In this document: positions 8,724 to 15,988 of the stretch, in pieces
How the letters are laid out: each line of letters starts with the position of its first letter
Numbering within the stretch: the stretch's first letter is position 1
From: Promethearchaeia archaeon
GTDB taxonomy: Archaea > Asgardarchaeota > Lokiarchaeia > Sigyniarchaeales > SOKP01
NCBI GenBank assembly: GCA_029856045.1
Contig: JAHQWG010000028.1
Location: 25,972-49,971 of the forward strand
Direction: 5' to 3'
DNA: 24,000 bases
Made by a program: the position numbers and the translations under genes
The notes under the pieces: generated by a model
Told to the model about the DNA's origin: nothing
Databases searched by the model: none
The model's input: only the letters and a program-made list of their open reading frames with translations

Positions 8724-9311
8724 ATGAGTGAAAATTTAAAATGTAATGTATGTGGTGGAGAAATTTCTGAAGATGATCTTGCATTATTAAAAATTCAGAA
8801 AAAAATTGAATGTAGATATTGTAAAAATCTGATAGTTTTAGATGAAAAGACCGCTAAGATTAAAGAAGATTTATGTTGTGTAATATGTGGGGGTGCTTTA
8901 GCGGTTGAAGATCTATCGGAAAAGGCTCTAGCCTGTAAGTATTGTCAAAATGATTTAGAAGAAATATCTTATAGCGAAGCTAATTATCCAGAAATTTTTA
9001 ACAGATTAAAAGCCATACCCGAAGAAAAAATTATTGAGATTTATAAGACTTTAATGAGAGAGGAGAATTTTGAACAGTTAAATAAAGATGACCAAATTAA
9101 ATTAAAAAAATTTGGTGAATCTTTTATACCAAAAATGAAAGAAATTTATAAAGCGAATAAATGGGATATGGCTACAAAAGCTATTGGATGGTTAGGTCAT
9201 AGTTTGGGAACCTTATTAGGATTAACAATACTAGGTGGTACAATTGGAGGAGCAGTGGGAGTATTGTTATCAGTATTAGGAGTTGCATTCGTTAGAGGCA
9301 AGGCAAAATAA
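8724..9311 (+). CDS. Double zinc-ribbon protein with C-terminal glycine-zipper membrane segment
   Basis: 'CNVCGGEIS...IECRYCKN' and 'CCVICGGALAVEDLSEKALACKYCQND' ribbons; C-term 'GHSLGTLLGLTILGGTIGGAVGVLLSVLGVAFV' with GxxxG repeats. Confidence 0.75.
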   Translation: MSENLKCNVCGGEISEDDLALLKIQKKIECRYCKNLIVLDEKTAKIKEDLCCVICGGALAVEDLSEKALACKYCQNDLEEISYSEANYPEIFNRLKAIPEEKIIEIYKTLMREENFEQLNKDDQIKLKKFGESFIPKMKEIYKANKWDMATKAIGWLGHSLGTLLGLTILGGTIGGAVGVLLSVLGVAFVRGKAK

Positions 9312-9350
9312 ATTGAATAATTTGAAAATTTAAGAATTAGATTTAAAATT

Positions 9351-10448
9351 ATGTTAGAATTTAGATTAGTTCCACAATTTCGCAATAATTGTGTGATTCA
9401 GGGTAAAAAAGAGTTAGTTAGCAGTTTTAAAGAAGGAGATACAGTATTTTTATTATCAAAAATTCCAACAAAAACATTTTCTATCTTAACAAAAGTTGAA
9501 GGGATTATAGATTCTGATGAGAATCTTATCTACATCGATCAAAGGATACTTGGTAAATTAGCAGAAAATGATATGGTGACGATTTTAAAACATAATCCAG
9601 CCGAAGCATTAACAATATATTTAGCAATATCGGAATCTTTTTCCAGAGTTTTCAGCGGTGATTGGACATCTTTTGCCAAAAAACCATTAGAAAATAAAGT
9701 TTTTGATTTTGGACAAGAAGTATCATTTATAATTCCCTGGGAAGATGAACATGGAAACCAACTTCCTCCAATTGCTATTTCAGGATTTGTATATTCAACT
9801 GTTCCTACACCACCTATAAAAGTTGGATTACAAACGAAAATATATTTGAAAAAATTTCCTGAACTACAGCTACAAAAAATAAAACAAACTGGTTTTGAAA
9901 AACAAGAAGCACGTGTAAATATATTGGATAATGAAATCCAACAAAACATTTTGCACCTTATGCAAACGATTAAACAAAATAATTATCCAACTAAGGCAAA
10001 TAAATATAAATTTAAAAATGTTAATGCAAAACAATTATTTGCCTCTATAAACGAGGTTTTTAAAGGATTTCGAGTTGTTGAAGGGCCAACTGAAAAGACA
10101 TTTGATAGTGAAAATCAATCATTTTTAGGTTCCATTGTTTATCTTGCTGAAGAAACTACAGATTCTCTGGCAGTTATTGATCTTCAGGTATTAGCAAAAA
10201 ATCAAAATGGAGAAGTAATACTAATGGTCACTGCTAAAGATAATGATGTTGTTTATAATCTGTTAAATAAATATGATTTATTAATTCGCAAAATTAAAAT
10301 TGGGTTAGAAGAAAAAGCAGAGCTAAAGGTTGAGATTTGTCCTAGCTGTGGGGCAGATTTACCTCTTGATGATGTGGACTCAGATGGATCTATTGAATGT
10401 TTATATTGCCACAGAACCTCAATTATTCCAAAATCATATAGATACTAG
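9351..10448 (+). CDS. Protein with possible tandem beta-barrel-like N-terminal region and C-terminal zinc ribbon
   Basis: N-term 'FKEGDTVFLLSKIPTKTFSILTKVEGIIDSDENLIYIDQRILGKLAENDMVTILKHNPAEA'; C-term 'VEICPSCGADLPLDDVDSDGSIECLYCHRTSIIPK'. Barrel assignment is only inference. Confidence 0.65.
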   Translation: MLEFRLVPQFRNNCVIQGKKELVSSFKEGDTVFLLSKIPTKTFSILTKVEGIIDSDENLIYIDQRILGKLAENDMVTILKHNPAEALTIYLAISESFSRVFSGDWTSFAKKPLENKVFDFGQEVSFIIPWEDEHGNQLPPIAISGFVYSTVPTPPIKVGLQTKIYLKKFPELQLQKIKQTGFEKQEARVNILDNEIQQNILHLMQTIKQNNYPTKANKYKFKNVNAKQLFASINEVFKGFRVVEGPTEKTFDSENQSFLGSIVYLAEETTDSLAVIDLQVLAKNQNGEVILMVTAKDNDVVYNLLNKYDLLIRKIKIGLEEKAELKVEICPSCGADLPLDDVDSDGSIECLYCHRTSIIPKSYRY

Positions 10449-10479
10449 ATTTTATTCTTATTAAAATTGAGGATATTGA

Positions 10480-11259
10480 ATGGATTCCGATAGATATACA
10501 CGTTTAAAAGCAATAAAAGAATTTGGTTATGATATAAATTGGGATGATCTTAAAAAATACCATGTTGGCATAGTTGGAGTTGGTGGGTTAGGTGCAGTTT
10601 CAGCCGAAATGGCTACAAGGTGTGGAATTGGCAAGATTTCATTGTTTGATTTTGATATTGTAGAAGAAGTTAATCTCAATAGATTATTTTTTAAACCTCA
10701 ACATGTGGGTTTATTAAAAGTTGAAGCGGCAAAAAAGATTCTGAAAGAAATAAATCCTGATGTGGAGTTTTTTACTTATCCTAAAGACATTATGGATATG
10801 GATTTTGAACCCATATTTGATAAAAAGATTCAAGAAATAGATATTATTCTTAATGGAGTTGATAATCTAGCTGCTCGTGAGTATTTGAATATAAAATGCA
10901 TTAGATTCAAAATACCTTATATAAATGCTGGTGCATCTAGAAGTGGTCTATCAGGTTATGTCCATCCAATAATCCCTTATAAAACAGCTTGTTCTGCATG
11001 CATAAAGCGGATTAATATTGAAAAATCTAATGACCGTGGAGAGCCATGCACCGCATCTCTGCCATCAACTATGGCGATATTAGCTAGTATTCAAATTCAA
11101 GAACTGCTGAAGTATTTATTGAAATTTGGGACGATGATCGATTATGTCATGTACAATATGCTTTCTGGAGAATTTTCATATTATAAGACAATCAGAGATA
11201 ATAAGTGTTCAATTTGTGGAGACTTTAATGTTCTAAAGGAAAATGAAAAACATTTATAG
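10480..11259 (+). CDS. UBA5-like E1 activating enzyme (ThiF/HesA/MoeB superfamily)
   Basis: ATP-binding 'GIVGVGGLGAVSAEMATRCGIGKISLFDFDIVEEVNLNRLFFKPQHVGLLKVEAA', 'NGVDNLAAR', Zn cysteines CSAC (171-174) and CSIC (243-246), catalytic-Cys context 'RGEPCTASLPSTMAILASIQIQELLKYLLKFGT' (Cys190, nt 11047-11049), closely paralleling human UBA5 as recalled ('[42 protein letters not shown]', 'GVCAASLPTTMGVVAG...VQNVLKFLLNFGT'). Confidence 0.9.
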   Translation: MDSDRYTRLKAIKEFGYDINWDDLKKYHVGIVGVGGLGAVSAEMATRCGIGKISLFDFDIVEEVNLNRLFFKPQHVGLLKVEAAKKILKEINPDVEFFTYPKDIMDMDFEPIFDKKIQEIDIILNGVDNLAAREYLNIKCIRFKIPYINAGASRSGLSGYVHPIIPYKTACSACIKRINIEKSNDRGEPCTASLPSTMAILASIQIQELLKYLLKFGTMIDYVMYNMLSGEFSYYKTIRDNKCSICGDFNVLKENEKHL

Positions 11260-11310
11260 TATTATGAAAAAAATCTCTGATAATTTAATTAAAAAACTGG
11301 AGGAATAAAA

Positions 11311-12537
11311 ATGGATTTTGTAAAAATTACAGAGGATATTTTAAATTTTATTAAAAAGCAGGCCATATTAAGCACTGATGAGATATATGGATGGTTAATT
11401 GGATATCAAATGAATAATATTCCATACATAATTACCGCTCTCGATTGTCAAAATTATCTACAGCAGTCATACATCAACGCCATCCCTGATCCCCTAGAGA
11501 TTCAAAAAATTGGTGGCTTAATGCCTCACGGGATTGGCATTATTGGTATATATCATTCTCATCCCTTTAAAAGTGAAGTTTTTCATTCTCATACAGACGA
11601 TGAAACTCTAATAAGCTTAAGTAAACAACTTCCAAATTGTGTGTCAATTGTAACAAATGGAAAAGATATTAATTATTATCAAATGGATAAGTCATTTAAA
11701 TTAGTGGATATTGATCCAAAAATCTGGAAACCTGAAATACCAGAATTCTTACCCATTTTTTTTAATAATTCATTTATTATTAATTTAGAGAAAAATCTAC
11801 TCAATAATGAGAGCCTACATGTAAAAATATTTAATAAATTTAAAGATTATTTAGAAGAGAATTGGGATGATTTTAAATTATTCAAAAATAATATAGAAAT
11901 TTCTTATAATGAAAAAATAAATCAATATTTTAAATCTTCTCTGGATGGAAATTATCTGGAATTGAAGTTTAAAAATAAAAAGAATATTAATGAATTAATT
12001 AAAATTAATGTATTCAATGAAGAAATAGGCGTTAAAGTTGCAGACCAAGCTGATATGGTTTCTTTGCAATTAAATCTTAAATCCTTAGATCTTTTTTATA
12101 TTACCGATAAAAATAGTATTAATGAACTCAGAAATTCAATTAAAATTGAAATAATAAATAATAGTATAATGCCAAAAATCTTTCGATGCTTAATTGATAT
12201 TGATAATTCTGAATTACGAATACCAAATGAGCTTTTTCTTAATTTATATGGATTTTTCATAAAAGTTAATTATTATAATCAAGAGATTATTCAAAAATTA
12301 AATGATACTTATCCAATCAACAATAATTATGAAAATCTTTCGATAAAAAATTGGGAATTTTTAGGTAGGATGTTAAAAATAGTGGATTTATATTTATCTT
12401 TAAAAATTGATAAATCTTCAAAAAGGCTTCTCATCGAATTAGTTGAAAATTTAATTAAATTATCCAAAAATCACAAATGGTATGATAAGATAAAAAAAGT
12501 TTTAGATAAACAAAAAGAATCTTTATTACGATCATAA
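11311..12537 (+). CDS. JAMM/MPN+ (JAB1/MPN/Mov34) metalloprotease-like protein with long C-terminal region of unknown fold
   Basis: 'STDEIYGWLIGY' (Glu24) and 'GIIGIYHSHPFKSEVFHSHTDDETL' giving H82, H84, S93, D96; ribosome-binding-like 'ggagg' 5' of ATG. Confidence 0.82.
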   Translation: MDFVKITEDILNFIKKQAILSTDEIYGWLIGYQMNNIPYIITALDCQNYLQQSYINAIPDPLEIQKIGGLMPHGIGIIGIYHSHPFKSEVFHSHTDDETLISLSKQLPNCVSIVTNGKDINYYQMDKSFKLVDIDPKIWKPEIPEFLPIFFNNSFIINLEKNLLNNESLHVKIFNKFKDYLEENWDDFKLFKNNIEISYNEKINQYFKSSLDGNYLELKFKNKKNINELIKINVFNEEIGVKVADQADMVSLQLNLKSLDLFYITDKNSINELRNSIKIEIINNSIMPKIFRCLIDIDNSELRIPNELFLNLYGFFIKVNYYNQEIIQKLNDTYPINNNYENLSIKNWEFLGRMLKIVDLYLSLKIDKSSKRLLIELVENLIKLSKNHKWYDKIKKVLDKQKESLLRS

Positions 12538-12611
12538 TGAATAATTAAATAGATTAAAAAAATTGATTATTATATAATATAAAAATTTAAAAAAATTGAG
12601 GGTAGTAGTTA

Positions 12612-13430
12612 ATGGCAAATATTGGCATCACTACAGTTTATTTTGTTAATAAGTTTGCTCCAGAAAAAAAACATATTCCATTTCCAGTTTCTCCTTCAAT
12701 GACAATGGCAGATCTTTTACCAGAGTTATCTAAAAAGTTTAATATACATTTACAAAATATTTCAATTGCGGTGCAGGATTCACAAGTTTTAACGATAGAA
12801 GAATATTCTTTATCACTAAAGAATTTAATTGATAAATTTGGTAAAACATTTGATATTATTGATAGAAATATAGTAGGCACTGAGAAATCTGATGCACAAT
12901 ATTCAGAAAGTCTGGTGGATGAATTAATTCCTGAGTTTGGAGCCGAATGGGCTAAGATAGGTCCCAAACATCCACGTTGGCAAGAAAGAATAAAAAAAGA
13001 AATAGAAAATATCTTAAGATACGTACATTATCTAAAAAAACTTTCAAATGAGCCATGGTTTAGATTGGTTCCTTCGAAAAATCCTAGACATAATTACCTC
13101 ATTTGGAATGGACATATCCTTGTTCCAAAACGACCAGAAATAAAATTTGATATCGCAATATTATTAACTTCAGAGTATCCTAAAAATTGCCCACGTTGTT
13201 TTGCAGATGACAAAATAATGGATTATTGTGGAAAACTATATTTTGGTAATGTATGGGAGCAAGAAGGGCATAAATACGTGATGATATGCCATGACCATAT
13301 GAGTGAAACCACCGCCTGGAAAGAATCACTGGGGATTGTTCATTTCTTCATAAGAGAGATTTGGATTTGGTGGATGGCTCAACAAAATTTCATCATTCAA
13401 AATTGGGATGAAAAGCATGGTAAAAAGTAA
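12612..13430 (+). CDS. Fusion of a UFM1-like ubiquitin-fold domain (aa 1-89) and a UFC1-like E2 conjugating enzyme (aa about 117-260)
   Basis: aa 1-89 ends 'LIDKFGKTFDIIDRNIVG', resembling UFM1 '...FLKHGSELRIIPRDRVG'; aa 117-226 'GPKHPRWQERIKKEIENILRYVHYLKKLSNEPWFRLVPS...IKFDIAILLTSEYPKNCP...GKLYFGNVW...KYVMICHDHM' resembles UFC1 '[38 protein letters not shown]...IEFDIPITYPTTAP...AKMYRGGKICLTDHF'. Candidate catalytic Cys226 (nt 13287-13289). Confidence 0.85.
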   Translation: MANIGITTVYFVNKFAPEKKHIPFPVSPSMTMADLLPELSKKFNIHLQNISIAVQDSQVLTIEEYSLSLKNLIDKFGKTFDIIDRNIVGTEKSDAQYSESLVDELIPEFGAEWAKIGPKHPRWQERIKKEIENILRYVHYLKKLSNEPWFRLVPSKNPRHNYLIWNGHILVPKRPEIKFDIAILLTSEYPKNCPRCFADDKIMDYCGKLYFGNVWEQEGHKYVMICHDHMSETTAWKESLGIVHFFIREIWIWWMAQQNFIIQNWDEKHGKK

Positions 13431-13601
13431 TTACATATAAAATTTTTTAATTTTTTCAATTTATAAAGTTATTTTTTAAATAACAAATGAAGGCGAAATA
13501 TTATTAAAAGTAAGGTAAAAAAACCTGAAGAATTAAAAGCATTTACTTACGGAATAAAAAATAGAATATTATCAAATATTAAAAGCATTGAAGCAAAATT
13601 A

Positions 13602-14654
13602 ATGAAAATTATTCAATATTATATAAAATTGGATAATATGGAGATTAATAATGAATTAGAAAAACTTAGAAGGAATCTATTGAAGTTAAAAGATACTTTA
13701 AACGCATATAGAATCCCTCCATCATTAACAAAGATTGATAAAATAAAGAAGAACGTTATTAATAAAATAAAAATGGTAATTTTCTATTTAGAATTGATAC
13801 TGATTGAAACGGAAAAAACTATTTATGATTTTGAAGAAAGTACCCTTGATTTCAAGGATAATGATAATATTGAAGAGGTTCTCAATATTTTCTCAGAATG
13901 TGATAAAAAGATAAATAATTTATTATTACAATTGGATAATTTTGGAGATCTAACTCAATTTAAAAATATTTTCGATTTGATTGAACCTGAAATTGAAAAA
14001 CTATATCCTAAATCTAAAGATATCGAGAAAATTTTGAAGCTAAGTAAAAAAGCCAATTTATTAAAAATCGAGAGAGAGAAATTACCAACAATTCTGAAAA
14101 TTGAAAGGGAAGAAAAGAAAGAAGTAAAAGAAAAAAAAATTATTCAACCTTTAGAAACTGCAGAAGAAAATAATGAAGTTCTACGTAATATTTTCGAAAG
14201 ATTCTCCTTAAAGGTTCCAAATAAGAGTCAATTAATTGATAGTATCGTATCGATTGGGGATTCTAAAATAACAAACGAATTAGGGGGAGTCGTAAAAATA
14301 ACAGCATTATATAACTTTATAAAAGATGAGAATAAGGATTTAGATTTTACATTAGACGATTTAAACAAAGTTTTAAAATATATGAGAAAGAAAGGATATA
14401 TTTCAGATATTGAAGAGATTGAAAATCTAAAGTTAGTAAAATTTATTCCACTTGAACTATCATCAGATCCAAAATTATTATTAGAATCCGTAGGATTCGA
14501 AGGCGTGGAGACTAAAGAAAATTTAATGAAAAAACTTAATTGGCCAGAATCAAGAGTGGATGAGGTTTTAAGGTTTTTAATTGACAAGGGAATATGCAAA
14601 TCAGAAAATAATTCTTTAATAAGTGAAAGATTTTACTTTCCAGGATTAGTATAG
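13602..14654 (+). CDS. ESCRT-II EAP30 (Vps22/Vps36)-like winged-helix protein with helical N-terminus
   Basis: 'LGGVVKITALYNFIKDENKDLDFTLDDLNKVLKYMRKKGY' and 'ETKENLMKKLNWPESRVDEVLRFLIDKGICKSENNSLISERFYFPGL' parallel the Vps36 EAP30 tandem winged helices ('[37 protein letters not shown]...[46 protein letters not shown]'). The N-terminal start may lie further upstream. Confidence 0.72.
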   Translation: MKIIQYYIKLDNMEINNELEKLRRNLLKLKDTLNAYRIPPSLTKIDKIKKNVINKIKMVIFYLELILIETEKTIYDFEESTLDFKDNDNIEEVLNIFSECDKKINNLLLQLDNFGDLTQFKNIFDLIEPEIEKLYPKSKDIEKILKLSKKANLLKIEREKLPTILKIEREEKKEVKEKKIIQPLETAEENNEVLRNIFERFSLKVPNKSQLIDSIVSIGDSKITNELGGVVKITALYNFIKDENKDLDFTLDDLNKVLKYMRKKGYISDIEEIENLKLVKFIPLELSSDPKLLLESVGFEGVETKENLMKKLNWPESRVDEVLRFLIDKGICKSENNSLISERFYFPGLV

Positions 14655-14734
14655 AAATTATTTAAAAACATTAATATAGAATAAAGTTTAACAAATAAAT
14701 TAAAAATAAAATATTTAATAAACGGGTGTAAAGA

Positions 14735-15940
14735 ATGGTAGGAGAGATTCCTAGAGGAATTAGTCGAAGTTTAAAAGATAAAGTCTTAGGTAAGAAGTTA
14801 AAAATTGTAGAGATGATGCATGAGACTTCAGCAGATCTAAGTGAAAAAAGAGTGGTTTATCGTTTAGCTCTAACTGGAAAAAAAGAGGCAGGAAAAAGGG
14901 AAGAAAAGGTTTCTGCTTTTATAGTTAAAGCATATGAAAGTGCGATTTTGCTTCAATTAGGAAAGTTTATTGGAATTATTCCAGAAGGCGTTTGGGAAAT
15001 TGAAAAAGAATTTCAATACACAGGGACTGAAATTATCTGGGTTGATAAAACAGAGTTTAAAACTAGATGGGGTTTAGCAGATATTTACTTAAATGATAAT
15101 ATTAAAGTAGGGGCTCATGGTTCACTTGTAGTAAAAATTTCAGAACCGAAAAATTTTGTGTTAAATGTTGTCTCAAATAAGCAGATTGTTGACAGAGGAC
15201 AAGTCGATAAATTCATTTTTGAGCACGTAGGTCAAAGTTATAAAGATATACTTGGTGGTTTTTCGATCAATGATGTTATTAGAAGTCGAGATATGATTAA
15301 ACAAAAAGTAAATGCAAAATTATATGATCTTCTAACTCATTGGGGTATTGAATTAATAAATATGGAAATAGAAGGCTTCAAGCTTCCTGAAGAATTTGAG
15401 GAAATTGGTCAAGTATCCATGGAAACCTCACTTGAAAAACAGAAAGCAATCTCAGATAGGGAACGCATAAAAGAGGAAATTGAAACTGTAAAGATACAAT
15501 CAGAATTAGAAGCCCAAAAAAGAGAAATAGAGGCAAATAGAAAAGGTTTTGAACGTGAACAAGCCGTTATAGACTCTCAAATTGGTTATGAAAAAGCTAA
15601 ATATGATGCTAAAGCAAAAGAAATTGAAGGAACTGTGAGTGTTGAATTACTGGAAAAACAGCAAAAAGCTAAAGCAGCAGGAGATGTAGCAAAAATTGAA
15701 GTTACTGGTGATAAAATGGCCAAAATTGTTGAAGCTCAAGCCGGAGTAGATAAGAGTCAAGAGGACTTAAAACGAGAACGACAACAAAAGATTAAGCAAG
15801 AAATTTCCGAATTAAAAGAGAAATTAAATAAATTTGATGATTTATTGGCTGAAGGAAAACTTTCTGAAGATATATATAAAGTGCGAGTTTCTCGAATTGA
15901 GAAAGAGTTGAAAGATCTTGAAACAAAACTTCTAGATTAA
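14735..15940 (+). CDS. SPFH/band-7 (prohibitin/flotillin-like, 'virion core protein' family) protein with long coiled coil
   Basis: 'GKFIGIIPEGVWEIEKEFQYTGTEIIWVDKTEFKTRWGLADIYLNDNIKVGAHGSLVVKISEPKNFVLNVV...INDVIRSRDMIKQKVNAKLYDLLTHWGIELINMEIEGFKLPEEFEE' followed by a K/E-rich coiled coil. Confidence 0.8.
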   Translation: MVGEIPRGISRSLKDKVLGKKLKIVEMMHETSADLSEKRVVYRLALTGKKEAGKREEKVSAFIVKAYESAILLQLGKFIGIIPEGVWEIEKEFQYTGTEIIWVDKTEFKTRWGLADIYLNDNIKVGAHGSLVVKISEPKNFVLNVVSNKQIVDRGQVDKFIFEHVGQSYKDILGGFSINDVIRSRDMIKQKVNAKLYDLLTHWGIELINMEIEGFKLPEEFEEIGQVSMETSLEKQKAISDRERIKEEIETVKIQSELEAQKREIEANRKGFEREQAVIDSQIGYEKAKYDAKAKEIEGTVSVELLEKQQKAKAAGDVAKIEVTGDKMAKIVEAQAGVDKSQEDLKRERQQKIKQEISELKEKLNKFDDLLAEGKLSEDIYKVRVSRIEKELKDLETKLLD

Positions 15941-15988
15941 ATTAATTTCCTTATTTTTTTATATATTATCCTGATTTTTTAATATCAA

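Noticed and set aside
8724-9311. RING-finger E3 in the Zn-ribbon protein
   Set aside because: Cysteines form two separate CxxC...CxxC ribbons; there is no C3HC4/C4C4 cross-brace spacing.
9197-9949. Minus-strand ORFs 9197..9385 and 9539..9949
   Set aside because: Antisense to well-supported plus-strand Zn-ribbon genes in the array.
10480-11259. Annotation as MoeB/ThiF sulfur-carrier adenylyltransferase
   Set aside because: UBA5-specific strings (TRCGIGK, NRLFFKPQ, CTASLPSTM at the catalytic-Cys position) and the neighbouring UFC1-like E2 favour a UBA5-like E1; a phylogeny is still needed.
12638-12967. Minus-strand 109-aa ORF
   Set aside because: Antisense to the UFM1-like/UFC1-like fusion CDS, whose domain matches are much stronger.
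12612-13430. Ubiquitin/URM1-type modifier with di-glycine
   Set aside because: The domain ends in a single Val-Gly, matching UFM1-type termini; no GG is present at the expected position.
14228-14599. Minus-strand 123-aa Ser/Phe-rich ORF
   Set aside because: Antisense shadow of the EAP30-like gene with biased composition.
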